Assembly (NCBI GenBank): GCA_001816475.1
Contig: MHCC01000026.1
Location: 1-58,927 of the forward strand
Direction of reading: 5' to 3'
Origin: Candidatus Blackburnbacteria bacterium RIFCSPLOWO2_01_FULL_40_20
GTDB taxonomy: Bacteria; Patescibacteriota; Microgenomatia; UBA8517; UBA10165
DNA: 58,927 nt
Shown here: positions 11,801-20,614 of the stretch, piece by piece
Numbering within the stretch: position 1 is the first letter of the stretch
How the letters are laid out: the number at the start of each line of letters is the position of its first letter
Notes under the pieces: model-generated
What the model was told of the DNA's origin: nothing
Databases searched by the model: none
Seen by the model: only the letters and a program-made list of their open reading frames with translations
Program-made: the position numbers and the translations under genes

Positions 11801-12331
11801 CGCAATAATCGTGTCATTTTTCGATACTTCAAACTCGAGCCATGATCCGCGAACAGGTCTTATTTCCGCCCGATACAACATGCGTCCGGTTGCTTGATCA
11901 ATTTCGCCTGAAAAATAAACCCCTGGAGCCCTCACAATTTGATTAACAACAGCTCGCTCAATTCCATTTACAACAAATGTAGCCTCTGAGGTCATTGTGG
12001 GTACGTCACCCAAAAAAACTTCTTGAGCAGTAACCTTACCACTCTTTTTATTCAATAACGATGCAATAACGTGCAAGCTAGAAGAATAGGTAATTCCTTT
12101 TTCTCGAGCTTTTTTAGGAGTAATTTCAGGAGGACTTATTCTATAATCACCAAATGACAGTTCCCAGTTTTTACCTGTAAAATCTGGAATAGGGGTTACC
12201 TCGCGAAGTGCTTCTCCAATACCATCTTTAAGAAATGTTTGCCATGACTGCTTTTGAATAGCCAACAAGTCAATTTGAGTTAGTGTGGGATCAGGTTTGG
12301 TTAAAAATTTTCGTTTGGTGGAAAGACCCAT
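8846..12331 (-). CDS. rpoB: RNA polymerase beta subunit with repeat-expanded C-tail (start reassigned to ATG 12331)
   Basis: [36 protein letters not shown]; the upstream ORF extension runs through a UTR hairpin. Confidence 0.98.
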   Translation of the reverse strand: MGLSTKRKFLTKPDPTLTQIDLLAIQKQSWQTFLKDGIGEALREVTPIPDFTGKNWELSFGDYRISPPEITPKKAREKGITYSSSLHVIASLLNKKSGKVTAQEVFLGDVPTMTSEATFVVNGIERAVVNQIVRAPGVYFSGEIDQATGRMLYRAEIRPVRGSWLEFEVSKNDTIIARIDRRRKVAATTLLRAMGLTRDEDIQAKFRDIDTDEQHSYINSTIQKDASRNKEEALLEIYRKMRAGELVVLENAETLFKSLFLDPRRYGLDKVGRYKINRKLGLDVKNEPENWTLRLEDVVAALRYLIGLQNGEGKVDDIDHLANRRVRCVGELVLASAFRAGMVRLERSVKEKMSLTSTDDVVNPSALVNARPLMATLNDFFRSNQLSAILDQTNPLSEIDNIRRLSVMGPGGITKERASFSIRDINASQYGRIDPVRSPEGPSIGLVTYLALFSRVNEFGFLEAPYRKVEKVKQESKTRMKVTNEIIYLAADDEEQYRITHAGIKIDEDGFITDKWVPIRFQGQFNEGPADQVDLIDLTPRQVVGTSASLIPFLSHDEANRALMGTNMQCQAVPLVNPQAPLMGTGMEEKVGSAMARVIRARNAGTVVFADAERIEVEVEGKIEIDDKESDRIKIEGKKEIYFLNKFLRTAQSTCFNQRSKITVGDVVKKGDLIADGPATDDGELALGQNLLIAYCLFEGLGFEDAIAVSDRLVKDDALSSIHIEEYEAQVVDTKLGPEELTRDIPNVAENDLANLAEDGIVVIGAEVSANDILVGKIAPKGETELTSEERLLRAIFGEKAREVRDTSLRVPHGEHGVVVDVQILDRDKGDDLDPGTLKKVIVRVAQMRKVSVGDKLAGRHGNKGVISKIVPAYDMPHLEDGTPIDIIISPLSVIARMNLGQLLEAQLAWVASKTGQKFALPVFDELAPQEIEDLMKKAGLPVSSKSQLYDGRTGEPFQEKTVVGVSYIMKLTHMVEDKTHARSTGPYSLVTQQPLGGKAQMGGQRLGEMEVWALEAHRAAHTLQEMLTIKSDDVVGRARAFEAIVKGTEIPEATVPESFKVLVRELNSLGLSIEPKGEILAKVEEKKDIDMDKDKQSLTLRDKQSLTLGDKQSLTLGDKQSLTLGDKQSLTLRDKQSLTSDDKDEQKIVNEAEVLMEATQ
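8913..9049. repeat. 24-bp tandem repeat GTCAAGCTTTGCTTATCGC(G/C)TAGC, 5 full + 1 partial, in frame in rpoB (DKQSLTL[R/G])
   Basis: Directly visible; no spacers. Confidence 0.97.
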
Positions 12332-12375
12332 TATTTTTTGTCCGCCGGTAAAACAAAAAAAGACTACAAATACGC

Positions 12376-12402
12376 AAAAATGTTCCGCCTTCGGGCGGAA
12401 CA
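12376..12402 (-). terminator. Intrinsic terminator or attenuator upstream of rpoB
   Basis: Minus strand TGTTCCGCC-CGAA-GGCGGAACA-TTTTT. Confidence 0.7.
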
Positions 12403-12433
12403 AACAATTACGTACTGTCGTACGCTTGAGGGT

Positions 12434-12462
12434 ATTTAATCATACTCTTAAGCCTTTGTCAA
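12434..12462 (-). promoter_or_regulatory. Putative rpoB promoter
   Basis: TTGACA-N17-TTAAAT with TG extension (non-consensus -10). Confidence 0.45.
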
Positions 12463-12469
12463 GGGTATT

Positions 12470-12946
12470 TCAGCCTACCGCAAATTCTATCGCAGAAACG
12501 TCTGAATTCTGAATTTCTTCTTCAATTGCTTTTTGCATGTTTTTAGCGTCCTCAAGGCTAGAATTTCGCAAAACTGTTCTTTGTCTTAAAAGTTCGTCAC
12601 TTATCTTCAGATAAATTACCAGATCGCAATCTACCAACACTGTGCCGAAAAGAGGCTTCCCTGCCTCGGCTTTTACTTTTTCCCTAACCAGCCTTTCCAT
12701 TGTTTCTCCAATTTCTGGAGTCCATGGAGTTTGACAAACATAATCTGCTTCTTCTTTTGTCAAAAGTGGAAAAACCTCCTCGTCCATGTCACGAGCGTTA
12801 GAGATTTTCCTCGTTAAAGTAGACTTGCCAGTGCAAGTTGTGCCTAATACCACAATGCGCTTATCTCTGTTTTTATCCAGGATTTCTTGTAACCTTTGTG
12901 AAGCTATATCTTCGTTGTTTTCTAGTCCTTCAATCAATGTGTCCAT
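12470..12946 (-). CDS. Small P-loop NTPase/kinase-like protein
   Basis: IVVLGTTCTGKST Walker A followed by DMD; VIYL...L..R lid-like segment. Confidence 0.7.
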   Translation of the reverse strand: MDTLIEGLENNEDIASQRLQEILDKNRDKRIVVLGTTCTGKSTLTRKISNARDMDEEVFPLLTKEEADYVCQTPWTPEIGETMERLVREKVKAEAGKPLFGTVLVDCDLVIYLKISDELLRQRTVLRNSSLEDAKNMQKAIEEEIQNSDVSAIEFAVG

Positions 12947-12951
12947 AAACG

Positions 12952-13962
12952 TTATCGAATATACTTCCTAATGTTTTCGTCGTGTGCATCCATTGTTTCT
13001 GCGTAATGAATTATTCCTTTGCCGTCATGAAGGTAGAACCAATACATTGACTCCTTGGGATAAATTACAGCCTTTATGGAAGATATGCCGGGATTTGAGA
13101 TCGGCCCCGGTGGCAATCCTTGATTTAAATATGTGTTGTAGGAAGATTTAATTTCTTTATCGGCTGCAACAGGCGGCTTCCACCATTCGCAATCTAGTGG
13201 CACATTAGCATCTTTACACCTTTGAGTAGCAGTAAAATACTGCAAAGTTGCATCAATTTGCAGAGGCCATCCAGCCCCAATTCGTTTAAGCAATATCCCG
13301 CCAACAACAGGCCTTTCCTCGTCAGTCCTTGTCTCCCTCTCAACAAGTGAAGCCAAAACTACAACTTGATCCAAAGTTAATCCTGCCTTTTTTGCATCTT
13401 CTTTCATTTGGGGTGTCACTTTACTGTTAAAAGTTGAATACAACTTTTCAACAACCGTTAAAGCTTTGGTATTTTGGGAAAAAAGATATGTGTCAGGATA
13501 TAAATACCCTTCTTTTTCAAATGAAGCTGCTATGAATTCTTTCCAAAAAACTTTAGCTTCATCTTGACCAATGTTAAGTGTTTTTATTGTGCGGATCGCG
13601 ATTTCTTCCCGTCTTAAACCCTCCGGATATGTAACCCAAAATTCTGTCGGCCCGGAAACAAGTGCACTCACTACTTGTACTAAAGACAAACTTGGAGAAA
13701 TTCTAAATTCCCCAGCTTGTATTTTTTTATCTTTGCCGGTTATTTTTGCATAAACTTTAAATGCCAAGTCGCTTTTAATAAGCCCCTGGTTTTTAAGCTT
13801 TAAGGCAACTTGACCTACACCTTGGCCTTTGACAATCAAGAAATCTTGTTGGGTCTTGTCTTTTGAGTTGGCTGGTAAAGTTGTAACTTTCCACCCAACA
13901 ACCAATCCACCTAAAATCAATACAATGGTAATTAGATAAAAGAGGAACCTGGTATTCCGCAT
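12952..13962 (-). CDS. mltG: Endolytic transglycosylase MltG
   Basis: N-terminal TM; EGYLYPDTY, LASLVERE, LQIDAT, YNTY..GLPPGPISNPG. Confidence 0.97.
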   Translation of the reverse strand: MRNTRFLFYLITIVLILGGLVVGWKVTTLPANSKDKTQQDFLIVKGQGVGQVALKLKNQGLIKSDLAFKVYAKITGKDKKIQAGEFRISPSLSLVQVVSALVSGPTEFWVTYPEGLRREEIAIRTIKTLNIGQDEAKVFWKEFIAASFEKEGYLYPDTYLFSQNTKALTVVEKLYSTFNSKVTPQMKEDAKKAGLTLDQVVVLASLVERETRTDEERPVVGGILLKRIGAGWPLQIDATLQYFTATQRCKDANVPLDCEWWKPPVAADKEIKSSYNTYLNQGLPPGPISNPGISSIKAVIYPKESMYWFYLHDGKGIIHYAETMDAHDENIRKYIR

Positions 13963-13974
13963 GAGGCAAATTCT

Positions 13975-14146
13975 TTATCGCGTAGCGTCAAGCTATGCTT
14001 ATCGCGTAGCGTCAAGCTTCGCTTATCGCGTAGCGTCAAGCTTTGCTTATCGCGTAGCGTCAAGCTTTGCTTATCGCGTAGCGTCAAGCTTTGCTTATCG
14101 CGTAGCGTCAAGCTTTGCTTATCGCGTAGCGTCAAGCTTTGCTTAT
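13975..14146. repeat. Second array of the same 24-bp unit, 6 full copies plus partial ends, upstream of mltG
   Basis: GTCAAGCTTTGCTTATCGCGTAGC copies start at 13987, 14011, 14035, 14059, 14083, 14107, 14131 (partial). Confidence 0.97.
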
Positions 14147-14158
14147 ATGTATCTTTAT

Positions 14159-14392
14159 CTATATCTGCACCTCTTCTAATAGTGCTCTTCTGTAAACCTT
14201 TCTCTTTAAGTCATGTATAAATAGTCTTCCACAACTGCAAACCACTTTTTCACTACCATCTTTTCTTTTACTTCGCGTTCCGCTTGCCAGTTCCCGACCA
14301 CACCCAACACACCTGCCTTGAGACAACAGCCAAACTTGAATTGGGGCAATTACATTTTTAAACAGACCTGGTATTCTAGCTTTCTGTTCCAT
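14159..14392 (-). CDS. Small Zn-ribbon protein (77 aa)
   Basis: ATG 14392 overlaps the ruvX end; CVGC...CSC. Confidence 0.75.
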   Translation of the reverse strand: MEQKARIPGLFKNVIAPIQVWLLSQGRCVGCGRELASGTRSKRKDGSEKVVCSCGRLFIHDLKRKVYRRALLEEVQI

Positions 14393-14777
14393 GCGCGTCC
14401 AAATAAGATTGTAGCACAAGTGTACTTGAGAATGCATCTTCCATCTCTTTTCTTCTTTTTTGGGGCAACTGTGCACTAAGCGAGAGTTCTTGCGCATCTT
14501 GAGTTGAAAGCGTTTCATCCCATGTTTCAACTTTAACCCCAAGTACTTTTTCTAAATCCTTACTAAACTTAATTTCCTCGTCAGCCATTTTTCCTTCAGA
14601 AATCCCAACCACAACCTTTTCAGCATTTTCTTCTTTAACTACTTTTTGAATTTCTTCAATAGCATTCTGTTGTGAGGAAACTCGAATCACCTTCAATGGA
14701 AAAGCTATGTTCCCACTAGATAACGACAATCCCATTTTCGATCTTCCATAATCAACGCCGAGTATGATCATAGTCAT
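14376..14777 (-). CDS. ruvX: YqgF/RuvX family nuclease
   Basis: ILGVDYG, VVVG, WDETLST, DAFSS.LVLQSYL; start at ATG 14777 or 14771. Confidence 0.92.
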   Translation of the reverse strand: MTMIILGVDYGRSKMGLSLSSGNIAFPLKVIRVSSQQNAIEEIQKVVKEENAEKVVVGISEGKMADEEIKFSKDLEKVLGVKVETWDETLSTQDAQELSLSAQLPQKRRKEMEDAFSSTLVLQSYLDAHGTES

Positions 14778-14800
14778 TACAAGCTCCACACCTTTACCAA

Positions 14801-15490
14801 CTAACGATTCCCACCTGGTGGCACCAGCCTTCCTCTCACCACAAGTCTTCGAAGGTACGTTCCAGGCGGTACGCAAGTTATCAAAGAAATATAACTATCA
14901 TCATACATTTGGTCCATAACTTCTACCTCTGTAGGTTTTACCTCAAACATATCCTCAACTTTATAAGTATAGTTTATACCATCATAATTTACTTTTATCA
15001 CGTCTCCTTTTTTAAGAGTAGACAATGTCGAAAAAATTGAAATATAATTATCAGGCTTGAATAATTGCGGCAGAGTTGAGTGTCCAAAAACTACAGTGTT
15101 TCCAGGTCTTCCCGGCACCGCCGTGCCTTTAAAATGAATAAGGCTTTTTTTTAAGTCTTCTCCGTCTATTTCAACTACTGCATCTTTTATTCCAAGTCTG
15201 GGAATCGAGAGATTATAATACTTAATTTGTGCTGTTGTTTCCTGGGAGACGCGAGGCAAACCAACAAACCAATTGGCAGGCTTAGTGTAATCAATAGGAG
15301 TGTTTTCTGTTTTTTCTGTACTTGATCCAGCAACCACACCTTGCCCAACAGGAGACAAAAGATCAATGCGTTGAAAATTGCCAGAGGTAAAAATTTCGTA
15401 ACTAATAATTGGCAGTAAAGCGTTAAAGACTAGTAGTAGCCCAATAAACATTAATCCCAAAGATAGAATTTTGAAGAGATATCTTGTCAC
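14801..15490 (-). CDS. Sortase
   Basis: N-terminal TM; LSIPRLGI, GNTVVFGHS, LITC..P....RLVVRG (His/Cys/Arg triad). Confidence 0.95.
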   Translation of the reverse strand: MTRYLFKILSLGLMFIGLLLVFNALLPIISYEIFTSGNFQRIDLLSPVGQGVVAGSSTEKTENTPIDYTKPANWFVGLPRVSQETTAQIKYYNLSIPRLGIKDAVVEIDGEDLKKSLIHFKGTAVPGRPGNTVVFGHSTLPQLFKPDNYISIFSTLSTLKKGDVIKVNYDGINYTYKVEDMFEVKPTEVEVMDQMYDDSYISLITCVPPGTYLRRLVVRGRLVPPGGNR

Positions 15491-17826
15491 CTTTCAGCGG
15501 AAACCTCGATACTTATATTCTTTGCGACTCGAGGCAGTGTGCCCAATTTTCCAGGGAAAAGGAAGCTAAATGAGATTTCTGCTCTTGTGTATCCTGGAAT
15601 TGTGGCCAAATAGTTTTTGGCAACAGTCGGATATTTACCTGTAATTTGTTTTGCAATGTCCACTGGGTCAACTTTTGGCAAGAAATTAGCCTTTATTGTT
15701 GCAACAAAAACTTTAGCTTGAGTTCCTGTCTTTGTATCTTTTGTGTCTTTACTTTTATCTTTGGTGGAAGTTTTGGTTTTGGACGCCTGGGTTTCTACTG
15801 GTTTATAACTTATTTCAACTTGGTCTTGAGCGATACTAAATCCTTGAGGAATTTCTTTTTCAAGCTTCTCATACACAAGCGAGTTAATATCGTTTTGTGA
15901 AATAACAAGTACTGTTACCTTTCCAGAAAGCGTAAGTTTCACAGTCGAGCTTTCCTCGCCTACTTTGTTGCTAAAAGTCTTTTCGCCAACTTGGAAATTT
16001 GATGAACCGTCAACAGGAGTTTCTTTTTCGTCTAATAGCCCTTTTATTTGATCCATACCTTTTTGCAATAATTCTGCCGTCAAATCTTTTTCCAGATCGG
16101 CTCTATCAGTTTCCGAGACTGCCGAGACGGAACGGCTTGTACCGCCAGAAAACGCTTCATCGTTTTGTGCAACAAATTCGGCCTTTGAAGAGGCACCAAC
16201 AGAAAACTCAGAATTGCTAGCCAAATTATATTGAGCGCCTATGTCTACCGCAGTGACAGTTGATTGCGCTTTTGAAGGATTAGTTATACTGCTTCCCGTT
16301 GCAATTTTTGTTTCGTCGTCTAGAGTAAACTTCAATCCACTTGGGCCTGATAAAACTGTACCAACTTTAAGCGTTACAGGAGTACCAACATGCAAAACAG
16401 TAACCTTACCCTTAGAGCGCTCGCCAACCGTTTTTGTACCAGTTGTCGAAATGGTCTTTTCGCTTGAAATCTGTGCTTCCTTCACAATTCCTGGTACTAC
16501 TTTGTTGTTGCTATCAATGCTTGAAAGTTGGGGATTAACAGTAAATTCAAAAGTTTTTTCTAGTTTTTTTGGAGCTACATAAACCGTAACTTGTGCTTTT
16601 GGTAAATACCAATACAACGCTCCTCCGCCAACCAAAATTAACAAAAGAACTATCCCTGGAATTAAAATTAAGCGCCCACCTTTCCCTCCGAATGAAAGTT
16701 TGGGATACGACAATCTCCCTAAAACGCCCAATATTGCCAGTGAGTTTGGTCTCTTTCTAACATGAACAGCACTCGCATGCTCTTCCTCCTCTGTATCTAT
16801 ATCCTTATCACGTACTTGCGGAAAATCTTTTGGCTCTGCAACATTCTTGTGGCTTTCAACATCTTCTGTTGTGTGAGCAACAAACTTACCTGTTTCTTCT
16901 GCGGCGATATCACTCTCCACAAAACCCAAATCTTGAGCCCTTGTTTCCTCTTCTTTATTTTCCTCATTCATCTCTTTCTCCCCATCTTCACCCTCGTGCT
17001 CTTCTTCTATCTTAGACTTGGTCTTAGACTCATATTCTGCGCCCAAATCTTCCTCTACCTCAACAACTTGTTTTACATTTCCAACCTCAGCACCCCCGGC
17101 TAGAGAAACTGAAATTACTCCAATGTTTTCTGGGAGTATTTGGACCTTTGGAGTATGTAAAAAACTAACTTTTTGTTCGTCCCAATTTGTTTCTAAAATG
17201 TTTTGTCTTGCATCGTCCAAGTTTCCCACTCTGTGGTCATAAAGAAGGATTCGGGATGGATATTGTTCAAGTTTTGCTAAACGTGCCAAACCTTCTGCAA
17301 CGTCTGATCCTAAAGATATACTTTTTGAAACGTCGGTTGTCCCTAAAATCTTTCCACTTTGAACTAAAGTTACCTCGATTGAGTCTTCAAGAAGTCCAAC
17401 TAAAATAGCGTTTAATGGGGCGCCTTCCTTAATTTTAATATAATGAACAATTGCCTCAGGTATTACTACAAATCCCGCAGGTGAAAGTTCAAGCTCCCCA
17501 GAAACTTTCTTTAAGATTCCTAAATACTCTTTTTTGATTAAACCTTCCTCAACCCAAGAAGACATAAGACCAAAAACAACTTTATTTGGTTCTTGAATTT
17601 CCTCTGTTATGTTTGAAGTTGCGCTTGACAGCGAACTATCCGCCGCAGCTACTAAAGTTTCATTGTCCCCCTCCTGCCAAGAAGTAGGAACTCCCTCTGC
17701 AACAATTTCTGCAATTTCGCCATTTACTCGCCAAATAGCAGCATCTGTCCAATTTTTGCCAATAACAAGACTCCAATAATGCTCTTGGCCTTCGCCTGTT
17801 TTTTTGAAAATACCACCTAAGACCAT
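15487..17826 (-). CDS. Bitopic protein: FtsA/PilM-like N-domain, acidic linker, TM, baseplate-J-like ectodomain
   Basis: TGTKTVGERSKGKVT, V.A.DIGAQYNL, FSGGTSR resemble baseplate J/gp47-like domains; the N-domain call is inference. Confidence 0.65.
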   Translation of the reverse strand: MVLGGIFKKTGEGQEHYWSLVIGKNWTDAAIWRVNGEIAEIVAEGVPTSWQEGDNETLVAAADSSLSSATSNITEEIQEPNKVVFGLMSSWVEEGLIKKEYLGILKKVSGELELSPAGFVVIPEAIVHYIKIKEGAPLNAILVGLLEDSIEVTLVQSGKILGTTDVSKSISLGSDVAEGLARLAKLEQYPSRILLYDHRVGNLDDARQNILETNWDEQKVSFLHTPKVQILPENIGVISVSLAGGAEVGNVKQVVEVEEDLGAEYESKTKSKIEEEHEGEDGEKEMNEENKEEETRAQDLGFVESDIAAEETGKFVAHTTEDVESHKNVAEPKDFPQVRDKDIDTEEEEHASAVHVRKRPNSLAILGVLGRLSYPKLSFGGKGGRLILIPGIVLLLILVGGGALYWYLPKAQVTVYVAPKKLEKTFEFTVNPQLSSIDSNNKVVPGIVKEAQISSEKTISTTGTKTVGERSKGKVTVLHVGTPVTLKVGTVLSGPSGLKFTLDDETKIATGSSITNPSKAQSTVTAVDIGAQYNLASNSEFSVGASSKAEFVAQNDEAFSGGTSRSVSAVSETDRADLEKDLTAELLQKGMDQIKGLLDEKETPVDGSSNFQVGEKTFSNKVGEESSTVKLTLSGKVTVLVISQNDINSLVYEKLEKEIPQGFSIAQDQVEISYKPVETQASKTKTSTKDKSKDTKDTKTGTQAKVFVATIKANFLPKVDPVDIAKQITGKYPTVAKNYLATIPGYTRAEISFSFLFPGKLGTLPRVAKNISIEVSAER

Positions 17827-17833
17827 ATAAAAT

Positions 17834-17970
17834 AATTTTCAATTTTCAATTTAAAATTTTCAATCAACTCCGATCTAATCGGAGTCAATTTTTAATGCTT
17901 AAATTTGAAAACGTTTTAAAATTTAGATAGTTGTATTTCATTTCAAATTGAAAATTGAAAATTGTAAATT
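17834..17970. repeat. Period-7 inverted repeat (AATTTTC family) with internal palindrome ACTCCGAT-CTA-ATCGGAGT
   Basis: AATTTTC x4 on the left, GAAAATT x3-4 on the right abutting the alaS stop. Confidence 0.85.
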
Positions 17971-19782
17971 TTAAAGTAATTTAATATATATCCTTCTTAT
18001 TCCTGCCCCTGCTGATTCTTCCTTTGTTATTGTAACACTCCCAATCTCTCCTGTGTGCTCAACATGTGGCCCTCCGCAGATCTCCCTTGAAAAGAGAGAC
18101 CCGCGAGTTTGACGAGTCGAAGGATCTCCAATTGTATAAACTGTTACCGTGTCCCTATATTTTTCTTTGAAAAATCCAAGGGCTCCCTCTTTTATTGCCT
18201 CGTCAAGCGTCACTGTTTTATAACTAACAGACAAATCCTCTTCAATTTTTTCGTTTATCAATTTTTCAACTTTTTCTATTTCTTCTTTTGACAAAGGCGA
18301 ATTGTGCGAAAAATCAAATCTCAAACGTTCTTCGGTTATATTTTGTCCCTTTTGCTGAACGTGTTCTCCCAAGATTTGGCGCAAAGAAGCTTGCAAAAGA
18401 TGTGCAGTTGTATGCAGCTTGCGAGTTTTTGGCGTGTCAGCAATCAATCCTCCCTTAAAAACCCCAATTCCTGCAGTTCTGGACAGTTCCTTGTGTTTTT
18501 CAAATTCTTTATAAAATTCTTCCCTTTTAATCTCTTGTCCCTTTTCGCGAAACAATTCTTCCGTTAGCTCAAGCGGAAAACCAAACGTTTGATATAAATC
18601 AAATGCAGCCTTCCCGTTAATTTTGTCTATTTTTTGCACTTCTTTAAGACCCTTGTCTAATGTTTTTCCAAATCGCTCAATTTCTGTGGTTATAACTTCA
18701 CCCACCAAACCAACTTGTTTTTCTTTCTCAACTCCAAACATCCCATCATAATTTTCCAAAACCTTTTTTGAAGTCTCAACTAATACTTTTACGATTTTGT
18801 CAGGATTTAGTTTCTGAATTTTCACAGCAGACCTTCGGAGCAACCTCCGGAGTACATATCCTTGCATTTTGTTTGAAGGGATAACTCCGTTGATTATCAA
18901 AAACGTCGAAGCTCGCATATGGTCTGCAATGATCCGCATTGTCTGTTTATTTTCTCCTGCGTATTCTCTATCTGTATCCGTTTCAATTTGCTTGATCAAA
19001 CCCTCAAACAAATCAACACCAAAAACATCAGGTTGGTCACCTACGGCCGCTGTTATTCTCTCGAGTCCACCACCAAAATCAACATTTTTTTGCGCCAATT
19101 CTTCTAGCGTTCCCTCTTCTTTTTTTACGTATTGAATAAAAACGCAATTCCCAATTTCCATGAATCGCCCACAATCGCAATTTGGGTGGCATTTTTCACC
19201 ATATTTCGGATCGTGTTTAACTTGAGTGAATTCATAGAAAACTTCCGAATCCGGTCCGCCAATCTCCCCAGGTGGCATCTTGTCTGGAGTCCCAGTACGC
19301 GACCACCAATTTTTCTTTACGCCATAGAAGTAAATGTGATCCTCGGGAACTTCTAAACTTTTCCAAATCTTTACCGTCTCTTCGTCTTTTCCAACTCCTG
19401 ATCCGCCTTCAAAAACTGAAACATAAAGTTTTTCCCTTTCAAGCTTCAATTCTTCAGTTAGAAACTCCCAAAAGTAGGAAAGTTGTTCTTTTTTGAAATA
19501 CTCCCCGAGTGACCAATTGCCAAGCATTTCGAAAAAAGTTGTGTGGCGCGAATCCCCAACCTCATCAATATCCTCAAGGCGCAAACAAGGTTGAGAATCA
19601 ACAAGTTTTGTTCCTTCCGGGTGGGATTGACCCTTAAGATAAGGAACTAAAGGTTGCATTCCAGAAGAAGTAAAAAGAGTAGTGGAATCATCCTCAAGCA
19701 CTAAAGGAACTGGGGCAATTTCCTTGTGCCCTTTTTTAACAAAAAATTCAATATACTTTTGGCGAATATCGCGCGATGTCAC
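17971..19782 (-). CDS. alaS: Alanine--tRNA ligase, short form without C-Ala domain
   Basis: TLFTSSGMQP, RHTTFFEMLGN, DFGGGLER, editing HTTAH and EICGGPH, GIRRI at the very end. Confidence 0.98.
   Translation of the reverse strand: MTSRDIRQKYIEFFVKKGHKEIAPVPLVLEDDSTTLFTSSGMQPLVPYLKGQSHPEGTKLVDSQPCLRLEDIDEVGDSRHTTFFEMLGNWSLGEYFKKEQLSYFWEFLTEELKLEREKLYVSVFEGGSGVGKDEETVKIWKSLEVPEDHIYFYGVKKNWWSRTGTPDKMPPGEIGGPDSEVFYEFTQVKHDPKYGEKCHPNCDCGRFMEIGNCVFIQYVKKEEGTLEELAQKNVDFGGGLERITAAVGDQPDVFGVDLFEGLIKQIETDTDREYAGENKQTMRIIADHMRASTFLIINGVIPSNKMQGYVLRRLLRRSAVKIQKLNPDKIVKVLVETSKKVLENYDGMFGVEKEKQVGLVGEVITTEIERFGKTLDKGLKEVQKIDKINGKAAFDLYQTFGFPLELTEELFREKGQEIKREEFYKEFEKHKELSRTAGIGVFKGGLIADTPKTRKLHTTAHLLQASLRQILGEHVQQKGQNITEERLRFDFSHNSPLSKEEIEKVEKLINEKIEEDLSVSYKTVTLDEAIKEGALGFFKEKYRDTVTVYTIGDPSTRQTRGSLFSREICGGPHVEHTGEIGSVTITKEESAGAGIRRIYIKLL
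18096..18128. repeat. 33-bp palindromic in-frame insert in alaS
   Basis: GAGACCC...GGATCTC arms; encodes DPSTRQTRGS between VYTIG and FSREICGG. Confidence 0.55.
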
Positions 19783-19847
19783 GACAAGCTTGATTTTACC
19801 AGATTTGAAGTCAAAAAAATACTGTTAAGCTCGAAACTGTGATTCAA

Positions 19848-19907
19848 TTAAAAGATTCGAAGTGATTTGAAAAATTCCGATGAATACTCAATCCTTTTGG
19901 GCTTCAT
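19848..19907 (-). pseudogene. Truncated RelE/YafQ-like toxin N-terminus
   Basis: MKPKRIEYSSEFFKSLRIF*, start overlapping the antitoxin 3' end. Confidence 0.55.
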
Positions 19908-20145
19908 GCCATAAATCTACTAAAGATCCCTTAAGTTCTTTGGTCTTGCCTTGTTTTGCTTCTTCAAAGCTTCGGAAGACAGCTTCGACTGCTTCAATTT
20001 CCTCAAGCCTTTTATAATCAATGATCGCAACTTCAGGCTTGTTGTTTTTCATAACAACAACTGGTTCCTTTGTTTTTTTGACGTGATCAAAAACCTTCCT
20101 GTAGTTGCGTTGTATCTCAGCCTACTCAGTAATGCTGTTTGGCAC
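19888..20145 (-). pseudogene. Phd/YefM-family antitoxin with in-frame TAG at codon 8
   Basis: VPNSITE*AEIQRNYRKVFDHVKKTKEPVVVMKNNKPEVAIIDY...EAKQGKTKEL; TAG at 20122-20124. Confidence 0.8.
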
Positions 20146-20167
20146 GCACCATGGGTTGGATTTGAGG

Positions 20168-20572
20168 TCAAGAAGTTAAAGGTTTCCCGCCCTTATGGAA
20201 AAAACGACGACCACGCTCTTGTATAGCGCGAATATGAGACCCAGTAGATTCTTGTTTGGGAGTGTAAACGTGAGTTGTCACCTCTACTTTTTCATCGCGG
20301 GGTAAGTCTACAATTTCCTTCTTTGCATTACTGTTGGAAACATACTCCACAAGGCGCTTTATGCCTTTAATATTCTCAATGATACTTGCAACTCCAGCAA
20401 CAGGGCGCGCAATGGACTTTGAAATTAAACCGGCATCCTCAAGAATGCCATCAAGTTTGCCTAGTGTTTTTTGTGCACCACGAATAATTAAAATCACCTG
20501 AATACCAACTGCAACTAAAATCACAGTTAAAACAATAGCAACAACAAAAAGAAGGATTTGGACAGGATCCAC
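20168..20572 (-). CDS. Single-TM hypothetical protein (DUF948-like)
   Basis: N-terminal TM, helical region, basic RRFF tail. Confidence 0.75.
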   Translation of the reverse strand: MDPVQILLFVVAIVLTVILVAVGIQVILIIRGAQKTLGKLDGILEDAGLISKSIARPVAGVASIIENIKGIKRLVEYVSNSNAKKEIVDLPRDEKVEVTTHVYTPKQESTGSHIRAIQERGRRFFHKGGKPLTS

Positions 20573-20614
20573 ACTTTTAAATTATCATAACCGCCACCCA
20601 GTAGTCAATTAAAT

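Noticed and set aside
13975-14146. CRISPR array
   Set aside because: Units are contiguous with no spacers and there are no cas genes; the same applies to 8913-9049.
13932-14179. ORFs 13932-14135 and 13961-14179 (and 8911-9132) as genes
   Set aside because: They are stop-free frames of the 24-bp repeat with no independent coding evidence.
13947-14376. 11-bp direct repeat ACCTGGTATTC flanking the array and Zn-ribbon gene
   Set aside because: Both copies lie inside coding sequence and do not bound a coherent unit; probably chance.
15487-17826. Prophage or contractile injection system
   Set aside because: Only a lone membrane-anchored baseplate-J-like domain; no sheath, tube, spike, capsid or integrase genes.
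20122-20124. TAG recoding or alternative genetic code
   Set aside because: TAG and TGA both terminate conserved genes here (rnj, pnp, fusA, rpoC), and the partner toxin is also broken.
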